The notes: generated by a model not told the origin, from the letters alone. Positions 9,942 to 19,058 are shown, counted from the first letter of the stretch. The stretch is 52,097 bases of DNA from Methanobacteriota archaeon (GCA_002722695.1 PBMS01000014.1:5486-57582); one strand, 5' to 3'. Numbers and translations: made by a program.

Positions 9942-12812
9942 TCAGGAATCCGATTTGCTGTCGTATCGCTGCCACTCATCGTTCGTGTCTGCGTCTCGGT
10001 ACCAGAAATCGTTGGATTTGGGAGGCCATTCAATCCACTCGTAGCCGTCGTCCACTGCGCCGCTCATGCCAATTGGTGGAGATTGTTTTCCGGAGACCCA
10101 CTCTTCAATCGATTTGCTCGGGGACGTCACTCCGAACATCTGGTCAACGGATTCAGTGTTCCATTTCTCGTCGTCGCCCTTCCGGTTTTTGCCGCTCCTG
10201 AAGATGACGATCAGCATCGAGCAGACCGATACACCAACCGAAGCCATGGCAACGTACAGCACCCACGGGGCGATGGACTCCTCAACAACAACGCTTACTT
10301 GGTCCTGACTTCCCGTGGAATTTTCAGAGGGGCAATCAAACCCGTTGAGCACGATGTAGTTACCATCCGGGCAAATTTGGTACTCGTCTGAGCGATTAGA
10401 ACCCGGGTCAACGATGATGTTGGTGACGTTGGTTTCGTTGGCGATTTGCTTTGATTCTGGACACTCATCGATGTCGTCCACCACGTCCAGCGTGACCGGG
10501 CAAAGGTAGTAGAATTCAACGCCTTCGGGTGCAGTGGTCGTGTTTCCATCGGCATCCGTGCAGCAGTCCAAGTCTTCGGTCGCATCGTGACATCCGTCGC
10601 CGTCCGCGTCGGTGTTCGGGTTTGATATCCAACCCGTCATGCCTCTGGGACACGAATCCACTGCGTCCAGGATGCCGTCGTTGTCGTCATCGTAATCCTC
10701 ATCCGTATCTCGGCACCCGTCTCCATCATGATCGGTCAACGTGCCCGATGGCCACGAAAGCGCGCCTGGATTGCATGAATCTGAGCCGTCGTTCACGCCG
10801 TCGTTGTCGTCGTCAATGTCCTCGCTGTCCTTGCATCCATCTTCATCGGCGTCCGACCCGTAGCCCAGCACACCTCGAGGGCACATGTCGAGGGTGTCCG
10901 CAACACCGTCAGCATCGTCATCGTAGTCTTCGGTGTTGTCTTCGCATCCGTCCAAATCGTGATTCGTGTCAGGGTTGCTCTCCCAATCCAGGTCGCTTGT
11001 TGGGCAAGCATCAGCGTCGTCGGGGATCGCATCGCCGTCGTCGTCAGCGTCGCAAGCGTCTCCTTCACCGTCGCCGTCGTAATCGCTTTGCTCCGGATTG
11101 TAGTCCGAGGGACAATTGTCGCCTTCACCGATTCCATCGCCGTCTCGGTCCACGGCAAAATTCGTGAAAGATTCGTACCACACGTTGTTGATTCGAACCT
11201 CTTCCCAAATCATCAAATCACCGTTCGGGCTTACGGCCAAGGGGTACATGTTGTGGTTCCCCCACGATTCGATCGGCTTGAAATCGAGGACGCCTCCGTC
11301 CTCATGGTCGATGAAGGCGAGTCCTCCGTAGTGCGACGTCCCGTCGGGAAGGACAACGTCGCCTTCTCCGCCGCGACCTTTGAAGTAGGCAGAAAGGTAT
11401 CCGTTTGGGCCGACGACGGGTTTTGCAGCGTAATCGTTGTTGTACGAGTCTGTGTTTTCATAGCCCACGCTTGTGTGCGACTTGTAGGCTCCTTGGGCGT
11501 TGATGGTCACGAACGTCTGATACGTCGAGACCGTAAACTGACCGGGCATGGCGAAGTATTGACCGTCGTAAAAGCCACCGTCAAACGATTGGAAGTGGAA
11601 CGTAACATCACCGTTGTCGTGAGCAAACAACCCTGCAAAGCCCTCATCCCGCTGATCAAAGAAATTCGGTATGTCGTTTCCGCTGCTCGACGTGATCGGT
11701 TCGGCCATGTCCCACACGCCTTGACTGGACAGTTTTGCGATGTAGCCGGTTCGTGCGTTGTGTTCCACCACGGTTCCTGAGAAGTTGCTCTGTGTGTACA
11801 GATCATCCAGCTCCCCGTAGGTTGTTCCCAAAAGGTACATGCTTCCGGAACTGACCAGAGATTCGGTGAACTTCATCGAGGTGTAATTCACCACGACGTC
11901 CTCTTGCTTGATGCCGTTGGAATCAATGCTGAACCATATGTGGCAGTGGTCGTCGATCGAATCCGACGGACATGACACGGTTTGCGAGTCGTATCGAATG
12001 CTCCCCTTGGTGAAGGTGAAGAAGTGAGTCTGCGTACCGTCAACATCAACGAGGACAGGATTGTAATCGTAGGTTGGCCACTCGTGGGAAACTTCGAGAT
12101 TTCGTGCCCATTTGCCGCCGTTTTCATCGAACGCTCGTACGGTGTATTCGTGAAGGCCTCCGTTGCTGTTTTCCTTGAACACAACAATGAGGTTGTTGTC
12201 TGCGTCGACCTCCTGCTTGATGACGTAATCCACCGTCCAGCCTCGGGTTTGAACAGAATCTGCGAATTGCCAACCGTTGAGATTGTGATACGCAACGGCA
12301 AAGCGGTGCCCGTTCACGTCCATCTCAACATCGTCGCCGAGTTCAAATGTGGTGCTGTGATACGTTTGCCAGGTCATGTAGAACGTGTCCTCAGCAATCA
12401 CATGCAAGCCCATCAACCGGCATGAGTTGTGGTTCACGTTGTTGCAGTCGTTTCGAGTGGACGTGATGTTTTTTGTCCACTGAAGAACCCCCGTTGAATC
12501 GTATTTCAGAATGTAAATGCCGCGCTGATCGGATGCGTGCGTTGCGTCTCCTGGATTTGCCGGTTGAATCTGAACGTTTTCATCGACAAAGGCAACGTAA
12601 AAGTTGCCCGAATCATCGTATCCATAACTTCCGTCCCAAAATCTCAGGATATGACTGGAATACAACTGCAGGTCTTCGGAGGCGCGAAGTTTCCAGCCGT
12701 CAATCCATATCTCTGGATCTGGTTCCGGTGTTTCCTCAGCCGAGACAGCAAAGGTCAGTGTGGTGGAACACACCATGAGCAATGCTGCAATGTAAACACC
12801 AATTTTCTTCAT
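9942..12812 (-). CDS. Secreted, membrane-anchored protein with beta-rich N-terminal region and thrombospondin type-3-like Ca-binding repeats
   Basis: Signal peptide MKKIGVYIAALLMVC...SA; repeats D.D.DG..D..D.CP; TM WVLYVAMASVGVSVCSMLIVIF; Trp-rich cytoplasmic tail. Confidence 0.85.
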   Translation of the reverse strand: MKKIGVYIAALLMVCSTTLTFAVSAEETPEPDPEIWIDGWKLRASEDLQLYSSHILRFWDGSYGYDDSGNFYVAFVDENVQIQPANPGDATHASDQRGIYILKYDSTGVLQWTKNITSTRNDCNNVNHNSCRLMGLHVIAEDTFYMTWQTYHSTTFELGDDVEMDVNGHRFAVAYHNLNGWQFADSVQTRGWTVDYVIKQEVDADNNLIVVFKENSNGGLHEYTVRAFDENGGKWARNLEVSHEWPTYDYNPVLVDVDGTQTHFFTFTKGSIRYDSQTVSCPSDSIDDHCHIWFSIDSNGIKQEDVVVNYTSMKFTESLVSSGSMYLLGTTYGELDDLYTQSNFSGTVVEHNARTGYIAKLSSQGVWDMAEPITSSSGNDIPNFFDQRDEGFAGLFAHDNGDVTFHFQSFDGGFYDGQYFAMPGQFTVSTYQTFVTINAQGAYKSHTSVGYENTDSYNNDYAAKPVVGPNGYLSAYFKGRGGEGDVVLPDGTSHYGGLAFIDHEDGGVLDFKPIESWGNHNMYPLAVSPNGDLMIWEEVRINNVWYESFTNFAVDRDGDGIGEGDNCPSDYNPEQSDYDGDGEGDACDADDDGDAIPDDADACPTSDLDWESNPDTNHDLDGCEDNTEDYDDDADGVADTLDMCPRGVLGYGSDADEDGCKDSEDIDDDNDGVNDGSDSCNPGALSWPSGTLTDHDGDGCRDTDEDYDDDNDGILDAVDSCPRGMTGWISNPNTDADGDGCHDATEDLDCCTDADGNTTTAPEGVEFYYLCPVTLDVVDDIDECPESKQIANETNVTNIIVDPGSNRSDEYQICPDGNYIVLNGFDCPSENSTGSQDQVSVVVEESIAPWVLYVAMASVGVSVCSMLIVIFRSGKNRKGDDEKWNTESVDQMFGVTSPSKSIEEWVSGKQSPPIGMSGAVDDGYEWIEWPPKSNDFWYRDADTNDEWQRYDSKSDS
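10560..11155 (-). repeat. Tandem TSP3-like protein repeats (coding)
   Basis: Roughly 6-7 units such as DRDGDGIGEGDNCP, DDDGDAIPDDADACP, DDDADGVADTLDMCP, DDDNDGILDAVDSCP alternating with D.D.DGC.D. Confidence 0.85.
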
Positions 12813-12919
12813 TGAGGTGAACCATTGGTTCCATCGTTTATAGTCGTTTCAAAGGGCCAGTGGGGAATTGACCGTCCGCTTGTGAGAGGTGAAACAACCC
12901 ACCACGAACGACGGCCAAT

Positions 12920-13405
12920 TCACAGGTCTTCTGCGGTGAATCGGTCGTCCAAAGCCGTCAAGCCTGCAGCCTCTGCGCGGGCGGCAATTCGGCGCAGTGA
13001 GCGCATGGCGTCGTCGATCGACTCCACTTGTTCTGCGAATTGGGTTGGTGGCCAACCGCAATCGATGACGTCGGGTTCCACAGTGCTTTCTTCGATCCAC
13101 GCTCCGCAGGCCGAACCGTAACATCTGGCTTTAAACCGGTCAATATCAATCCAGAACGTCGTGCGGTGGCAGACGGGGCAGGTTCTGCATTCAAATTCCG
13201 ACAAAACCGTGATGGCGTCGTCGCCCACGACGTCCACATCCCAGACAGCGATGCTGGCGCGCTCCAGAGGCACTTGGTGAGATTTCTTGAGAAAGGCACG
13301 CAGGACGTTCATGGCCGTCTCTTGCGTGCTGAAGCAACCCATGCCGACCACCGCACCGCCCACCTCAACGGCGCTTGGAACGTAAACACGCCCTGCGATG
13401 ACCAT
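12920..13405 (-). CDS. Hypothetical protein with putative Zn-ribbon
   Basis: CPVC...RCYGSAC motif; fills gap downstream of folB; TTAA box about 25 nt upstream. Confidence 0.7.
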   Translation of the reverse strand: MVIAGRVYVPSAVEVGGAVVGMGCFSTQETAMNVLRAFLKKSHQVPLERASIAVWDVDVVGDDAITVLSEFECRTCPVCHRTTFWIDIDRFKARCYGSACGAWIEESTVEPDVIDCGWPPTQFAEQVESIDDAMRSLRRIAARAEAAGLTALDDRFTAEDL

Positions 13406-13440
13406 GTTATGGGCTGAGCGATTCGGCGTTTAAGCCTCGC

Positions 13441-13836
13441 TCAGTTTCGGTGCCAGACGACTTCGATTACCGGCAATCCGCCTGGATGCGGGAGCGGGGC
13501 CTCAGGTTTTTCGATTCGAACACTGACGGATGCAACTGCAGGGCGAGCCGCCAACAGGTCCACGACTCGTTGCGCCATGTCCTCCATCAGTCGGATGGGT
13601 TTGGATGCCTTGAGCACGACCTCATCAACAGCGATCTGGACATCGGCATAATTCAAGGTCTCTTCAATGCCCTCAATTCGTTGGTCGACCGCCAACGTGG
13701 CCCACACGGTGAACACGAACGGCTGGGGCGTTTCGTGTTCGTGTTCATACCAGCCGTGAGCTGCCCTGACCTCGTAGTTCTCAAGACCGACGCGCCACTG
13801 CATGGATCCCGCCTCATCGGTCCTCGTCGCGTTCAT
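13441..13836 (-). CDS. folB: Dihydroneopterin aldolase (start 13836 or 13803)
   Basis: AHGWYEHE...QPF, TLNYADV, LMEDMA, VSVRIEKPEAP match FolB conserved residues. Confidence 0.85.
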   Translation of the reverse strand: MNATRTDEAGSMQWRVGLENYEVRAAHGWYEHEHETPQPFVFTVWATLAVDQRIEGIEETLNYADVQIAVDEVVLKASKPIRLMEDMAQRVVDLLAARPAVASVSVRIEKPEAPLPHPGGLPVIEVVWHRN

Positions 13837-14113
13837 GAACCCAGATGAGGTGGTAGCCAAATTGGGTCTTGACGGGCGTTGAAACGGTGGCAACGGGGGT
13901 TGCCCAGACGGCGTCTTCAAACGCCTTCACCATGCGTCCCTTGCGAAACCAACCCAAATCTCCGCCTTTTTGGCTGGACGGACAGGTGCTTTTTTTCCGA
14001 GCAAGTTTTTGGAAATCTTTGAGCTTCCCGACCTTGTCTTTGATTTGCAGGGCTTCGGTTTTTGAAGGAACCAAAATGTGACTGGCCCAAGCGCTCGGTG
14101 CAACCATGTCCAT
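13814..14113 (-). CDS. ppiC: Parvulin-type peptidyl-prolyl cis-trans isomerase
   Basis: ASHILV, FQKLARKKSTCPS..KGGDLGWF.KG.MVKAFE, PVKTQFGYHLI. Confidence 0.92.
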   Translation of the reverse strand: MDMVAPSAWASHILVPSKTEALQIKDKVGKLKDFQKLARKKSTCPSSQKGGDLGWFRKGRMVKAFEDAVWATPVATVSTPVKTQFGYHLIWVHERDEDR

Positions 14114-14144
14114 CCCACCAGAGTCGTTGTCTTGAACCCCACGC

Positions 14145-15890
14145 TCAGTAATCCGAATACGCCAAGAACCGCATGTAGGTGCCGTAGATCGTGACCGAAA
14201 CATCGAGCGATTCTTCGTTAAAGCGATCCATGGTGTCGGCGTAGGTGTGGTACTCCCAACTGCCGCTGCCGTAGCACACCACCGCGCGACCTCGCTCTCC
14301 ACCGCCCAAATCGTAGACGAAGGGTGCGTGGTCGGAGTTGTAGGGCATGCCGTCGGGTTCGCCTCGGTCCCCGGGGAGAGTCCGAACCTGGATGTCGTAC
14401 TGGTTGGCGACCTCCGAGCGTTCGTTCCTGTAGAGCTCTGTGATGCGCTCGATGTGGTCCATGTCGTCCTGTTCGTTGCCAAACAGGGTCACTGTGTTGC
14501 CACGGTTGGACATGTCGGCATCGACGTGATTCATGTCGAGGTTGAGATAGAGACGTAGATTGTCCTGCAGGCTGTTTTGGAAGGCTTGGACGTACGCACG
14601 ACTTCCGTAGAGCCCTTCTTCTTCGCCGCCCCACGTGCAGAACCGAAGCGTGCGCTCGGGCTGACCCGTCTCGTTGACAATGGCGCTGAGTTGTCGACCG
14701 ATTTCCATCACGCTGGCGGTGCCCGACGTGTCGTCAACGGCGCCTTGTCCGTTGTAGACGGTGTCGTGGTGGCCGCCGACGATCACGACCTCCGAGGACT
14801 TACCGCGTATCTCTCCGCACGGGACATAGATCGTGCGTTCTTCGTCGTTGGTGACGTCGATGATCATCTCCAACACGCCCGGTGGTCCGGTGGCGTTGAA
14901 GATCGCCTGCTCGAGAATTTCGCCGGCGTCTTTCGACATGGCGATGAAAGGAAGCTCGCTTGGAACGCTGCCTCCGTTGGCTTCGCTCACCTCGTCGATT
15001 CGACTTCCTTTGAAGATGGGAACGCAGTCGTTGGCTTCGATTTGACCGCAGTTCGCGTCTTTGTTCACGAATATGAGGCCTGCAAGGTTGTTTTCGGCGG
15101 CCAGGGAGAACATGCCCGTGTTGCCGCCCACGTCCGCTCCGCTACGAACGTAGCCGATGCTTCCACCGGCTGAAGCCCACAGGGCGTCGTCGGTTCCGTT
15201 GCCCAAGTCTGTCAGCTGCACGTCTTCTTGGAAGGTGTATGCGGATTGCCCGGAAAAGCCCTGAATGACGTAGTCGATTCGATGCTGGAACTGAACAACC
15301 TGCGAGCCGATGGCCAGCGGACCTTCGCAGGGGCTGTTGCCGCCGAACCCTTGCGTGCAGATTCTCAAACTCGGTTCGCTGTTGACGTGATGCATCGGCA
15401 CCTGATAGGTGTGCTCAGTGACCGACATGCCCATGGCCTCAAACTGCGAAGCGATGTAAGCCGAGGTGTTGGCCTCTTCGACGGTACCGCTCATCCTTCC
15501 CTCCCATTCCGGGTGGCCCAGAGCCACCAAATCCTCGGCGAAGGCGCGTGTTTGGGCCGCATCGTAATCGATGAGGTCGTACTCGTAGTTGGGTGAGAAC
15601 CCAAGCCACGTCGGGCGGAACACAAACACGGCGGTGACCATCAACACCACAACACCGATGGCCATCAGGGCCTGAGGGGTGAGCACGTCGGTGCTGCGCC
15701 ACCAAGGCGTGTCTTCTGTGAGGGGGTCGGCGTCCTGTGCCTCGGGTTCGTCCTCCAGACTCAGCACGGCATCCTGCGCGCTGTTTTTGTCCAACCGTTC
15801 GATGAGTTGGGCCTTTGACCCGCTGACAGGAAGATTCAGTTCTCGAAGCATGCCCTTGAGTTCGGCGACGGTTTTGTCATCCAGCTTCAT
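14145..15890 (-). CDS. SAP domain + TM + PA/M28 family metallopeptidase
   Basis: N-terminal LDDKTVAELKGMLRELNLPVSGSKAQLIERL (SAP); TM ALMAIGVVVLMVTAVFVF; M28 motifs GGHHDT, GAVDDTSG, WGGEEEGLYGS, LNLDM, SDHAPF, YHTYADT. Confidence 0.9.
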   Translation of the reverse strand: MKLDDKTVAELKGMLRELNLPVSGSKAQLIERLDKNSAQDAVLSLEDEPEAQDADPLTEDTPWWRSTDVLTPQALMAIGVVVLMVTAVFVFRPTWLGFSPNYEYDLIDYDAAQTRAFAEDLVALGHPEWEGRMSGTVEEANTSAYIASQFEAMGMSVTEHTYQVPMHHVNSEPSLRICTQGFGGNSPCEGPLAIGSQVVQFQHRIDYVIQGFSGQSAYTFQEDVQLTDLGNGTDDALWASAGGSIGYVRSGADVGGNTGMFSLAAENNLAGLIFVNKDANCGQIEANDCVPIFKGSRIDEVSEANGGSVPSELPFIAMSKDAGEILEQAIFNATGPPGVLEMIIDVTNDEERTIYVPCGEIRGKSSEVVIVGGHHDTVYNGQGAVDDTSGTASVMEIGRQLSAIVNETGQPERTLRFCTWGGEEEGLYGSRAYVQAFQNSLQDNLRLYLNLDMNHVDADMSNRGNTVTLFGNEQDDMDHIERITELYRNERSEVANQYDIQVRTLPGDRGEPDGMPYNSDHAPFVYDLGGGERGRAVVCYGSGSWEYHTYADTMDRFNEESLDVSVTIYGTYMRFLAYSDY

Positions 15891-15949
15891 CGGCTCACCT
15901 GTCCTCTCCTCGACTTCCTTGTTGAAGAAGTCGGCGGTCCTGTTTCAAC

Positions 15950-16519
15950 TTAGATTTCATTGCCGGTCCATCGTCGCCCGATGGTGTGCTCGTAGCCCAA
16001 CTGGTCGAGGATTCGGGCGATGATGAAGTCGACCATGTCGTCGATGTTTTTTGGGTGATTGTAGAAGCCAGGGGAGGCGGGGATGACGATGGTGCCCCAC
16101 TGGGAAAGTTTGGCCATGTTTTCGAGGTGAACCGTGGCGTAGGGCGCCTCTCGGGGCACGATGATGAGCTTGCGTCGTTCCTTCATGGCGACGATGGCGG
16201 AGCGGGTGACGAGATTGTCGGAGATGCCCGCTGCGAGCTTGCCAATGGTGGTGCCCGAGCACGGGCAAATGACCACGGCGTCGATCTTGGCCGAGCCGGA
16301 GGCGGATTTGGCTCCGACGTTTTTGGCGTTCTCGAGCACGGCGTTGGTGGCCTGGGCCAGCTCTTTGGGGGTGGTGTTGCACTCGTGCTTGAGGGTCAAC
16401 TTGCCCGAATCGGTGACGACGAGACGAACGGTCTTGCCCATTTCGGACAGAACTTCGGTCAGGCGCTTGCCGTAAATGGCGCCCGACGCGCCGGAGATGC
16501 CGATGACGACCTCGCCCAT
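15950..16519 (-). CDS. ubiX: Flavin prenyltransferase
   Basis: IGISGASGAIYG, ASGS, PCS..T..K.A.GISDNL..R.A.V.MKERRKL..VPREAP, PASPGFY.HP. Confidence 0.95.
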   Translation of the reverse strand: MGEVVIGISGASGAIYGKRLTEVLSEMGKTVRLVVTDSGKLTLKHECNTTPKELAQATNAVLENAKNVGAKSASGSAKIDAVVICPCSGTTIGKLAAGISDNLVTRSAIVAMKERRKLIIVPREAPYATVHLENMAKLSQWGTIVIPASPGFYNHPKNIDDMVDFIIARILDQLGYEHTIGRRWTGNEI

Positions 16520-16735
16520 GACTCAAATCCATTGGCTCTTACATTTAGCCTCTTGTTCTTTCTCTCCACGTTTTTTTCACACCTGTCTGTGTGCCTGCGG
16601 TCAGTCACATCGGTATGCACGAAGAGAACGCACGACGAACCCATGTGTTCGTTTGTAATCTTCACAAGGGTGTTGCGGAGAACCCTCATGTAAGAAAGTT
16701 GGAGTTTCTTCATTGCACGAACTCAAATCTCAATT

Positions 16736-19012
16736 TCAACTAAGAAGAAGAAGGCTAAGTTGCATCACAGCGGCTCCAAAGACCGCACCAACGAGCAGAT
16801 GTTTAGGGCGATTTTGTTCTCTCGCTTGTGGAATCAGTTCATTGTATGCAACTACTGTCATGATCCCTCCGACAAATGCCAGCGAGCACCCTACCATGAA
16901 CGGGGTCAAAATCGGACCGAGAATCAACAAAGCGAACAAAGCCCCGAGCGGTTCGGTAAAACCGGTCGCCATTGCGATAAGCGTCGCCTTCATTCGACCG
17001 CCACCGCCTGCTTGTATTGGTGCGGCCACAGCAATGCCTTCGGGGATGTTGTGAAGAGCGATTGCGGCCATGAGCACGACACCGTACTGAGCTGATTCAA
17101 GAACGGCCACGCCCATGGCCAAACCTTCCGGGAAATTGTGAATGGCGAGGGCGATGGCTGTGAGGATGCCAGATTTGTACAATTTTCGTTCCTTTGACAT
17201 CGAGGAGAGATCTTCGTCCTTGTTCGCGTACATGCTCACGGCATAAACGATACCTACTCCCACACCAAACGAGAGCGTGATAGGAAGGAAGCCATTTTCC
17301 ATGGCTTGACCGAACCACAAATCGAGAACGGAAACCAAAAGCATCACGCCAGCGGCCATGGCGAGCAAAAAGGCCATCATTCCCTGACTGATTTCTTTTA
17401 GAACAAACACGATGAGGCCACCAATCCCAGTGGCGAGGCCTGCGAGCAATGCGAGAACAAACGGAAAGACCCAAGATTCAGACTCGCCCTCCAAGCCTGA
17501 AATTTGGATGAGTGGTTCCTCAATGCTCTCATGACCTCCTTGAGCAAGAAGGATTTGGAGGACGATTTCCACTGTCAACGCTAATCCGTCTTGGTGAACA
17601 ACATCTGGAACGTCGGTTGGACGGTGGTATTGTTCGTATTCCCACCCGTAAAACCCGACGGTTGTGGTCCCGTGTTGGTTAAACGAACGATGGTCGCTGT
17701 TTCCACCAAATTCGTTCAGTATGACGTTCGCCTCGTAATCCGCCCATACTTCATGCCCCAACACCGAACGTTGAATCTTGGAAATTGACTCGACAAGGCT
17801 CTGATCTGAGGTTTCAATACCGAGCGTTCCGAGTCCTATCGAGGGATTCAAGTTCGTTGAATCGAGGTTGATGTACAGATCAAGGTTTTCGACTTCTTCG
17901 GTGTAGGATTGTATGTAGGATTGACTCCCCAACAACCCCAGCTCTTCACCGCCCCATGTGGCAAAGGTGACGGTCGATTCAAGATTGAGTTCACTCAATT
18001 GAGTGGCAACCTCGAAAAGTTGGGCCACACCGACGGCGTTGTCTACGGCGCCAGGACTGATGTATACTGAATCATGATGGGCGCCAACCAATATCTCTCC
18101 ATTCCCGTGGCCAGGGAGTTCCCCCGTCACCACTTTCACGCTTCTCATACCAACGTTATTTCCTTCCCAGAATCCGTCCAGAGAAGCATACAAGGTGGGG
18201 TCGCTTGCAGCTTGTTCGATGTAATCATGGAACTTCACTGCAACACTTTCAGCGATGTAGATGTAAGGAATCAATGCATCAGCGTATTGACCGCCATAGG
18301 CATCAGGGAACGGAACGGTTGCACCGTCTTCTTGCACGGTAACGGAGCGAAAGGGAGGTGTCTCGACGCCCTCTGTGTAGATCATGACAACGCCTGCATT
18401 TCGATCAATGGCATCTTTGTAGATTTCAGCGAGACTACGGGTGTTGTCATGGTTAATCATCACGGCGAGGTCCGTCATATCACCAATATTTTCAAAATTC
18501 TCAGCTGACCCGTTGCCGATGAAGGTGAGCATGTTGTCGTGCTTGTGAATTGAACCCGAGTATCCCATGAACGTGAAACTCTCAACGTGATTCAAATCCC
18601 CCGTTTCGTCAATTGCAACCCGACCCGTGCCCGCCGAACCATCCGGCAAGCCTGGGGCATTTTGCACACCCTGCTCCAACTGTGCATGCATCAAAATTTG
18701 GTGGTCTTCTGGCTCCGCGTCAACAAACCATGCTCCAGTCACTTGAAATTCCTCTACTCTGACGTTCTCCAAGCCGATTTCCGTGAAACGCTTACTGATA
18801 TAATCTGAAGCAAGTGTTTCTTCCACTGAACCTGCAACCCTCGGTCCAAGCGAGGCGATGTTCGATACATCTTCCATCATTTTTGAATCATCGATTGCAA
18901 AGGCCACCTCTTCCTCTTCATGGAGGAGAAACTCATACGTAAAACTCGATAACAAAACAATGGTGGAAACAACACCAACCACAGTAAGCATTCGGTCTGA
19001 CGACAGGCCCAT
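16736..19012 (-). CDS. Fusion: N-terminal anchor + PA/M28 metallopeptidase + ZIP (ZupT/GufA) divalent metal transporter
   Basis: M28 motifs GAHHDS, GAVDNAVG, WGGEELGLLGS, INLDS, SDHRSF, YHRPTD; from about aa 514 ZIP motifs LAGLATGIGG, AAGVML, HNFPEG, HNIPEG, EPLGA, ELIPQA; one uninterrupted 758-aa ORF. Confidence 0.9.
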   Translation of the reverse strand: MGLSSDRMLTVVGVVSTIVLLSSFTYEFLLHEEEEVAFAIDDSKMMEDVSNIASLGPRVAGSVEETLASDYISKRFTEIGLENVRVEEFQVTGAWFVDAEPEDHQILMHAQLEQGVQNAPGLPDGSAGTGRVAIDETGDLNHVESFTFMGYSGSIHKHDNMLTFIGNGSAENFENIGDMTDLAVMINHDNTRSLAEIYKDAIDRNAGVVMIYTEGVETPPFRSVTVQEDGATVPFPDAYGGQYADALIPYIYIAESVAVKFHDYIEQAASDPTLYASLDGFWEGNNVGMRSVKVVTGELPGHGNGEILVGAHHDSVYISPGAVDNAVGVAQLFEVATQLSELNLESTVTFATWGGEELGLLGSQSYIQSYTEEVENLDLYINLDSTNLNPSIGLGTLGIETSDQSLVESISKIQRSVLGHEVWADYEANVILNEFGGNSDHRSFNQHGTTTVGFYGWEYEQYHRPTDVPDVVHQDGLALTVEIVLQILLAQGGHESIEEPLIQISGLEGESESWVFPFVLALLAGLATGIGGLIVFVLKEISQGMMAFLLAMAAGVMLLVSVLDLWFGQAMENGFLPITLSFGVGVGIVYAVSMYANKDEDLSSMSKERKLYKSGILTAIALAIHNFPEGLAMGVAVLESAQYGVVLMAAIALHNIPEGIAVAAPIQAGGGGRMKATLIAMATGFTEPLGALFALLILGPILTPFMVGCSLAFVGGIMTVVAYNELIPQAREQNRPKHLLVGAVFGAAVMQLSLLLLS

Positions 19013-19036
19013 GGTTTAAGTCGAGGGGCTACACTT

Positions 19037-19058
19037 GATAAATTTAGGGCGGCCTAAA
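19037..19058 (-). promoter_or_regulatory. TATA-like box (TTTATC) with adjacent palindrome TTTAGG-N4-CCTAAA, candidate DtxR/MntR-family operator
   Basis: Plus strand GATAAA-TTTAGG-GCGG-CCTAAA, 25-46 nt upstream of the M28-ZIP ATG. Confidence 0.55.

Noticed and set aside
9294-10391. Long alternative ORFs (also 23033-24013, 26371-27594, 46496-47482, 50565-51356)
   Set aside because: Antisense shadows of well-supported genes, expected with GC-rich codon bias; no motifs
13814-14482. 222-aa parvulin with a long N-terminus
   Set aside because: The extension overlaps the M28 gene in another frame; the true start is near 14113
16520-16735. Possible FMN riboswitch or ncRNA upstream of ubiX (small hairpins ACGAAC/GTTCGT, AAGAAA/TTTCTT)
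   Set aside because: Lacks the conserved FMN-riboswitch sequence blocks; the short stems are compatible with chance
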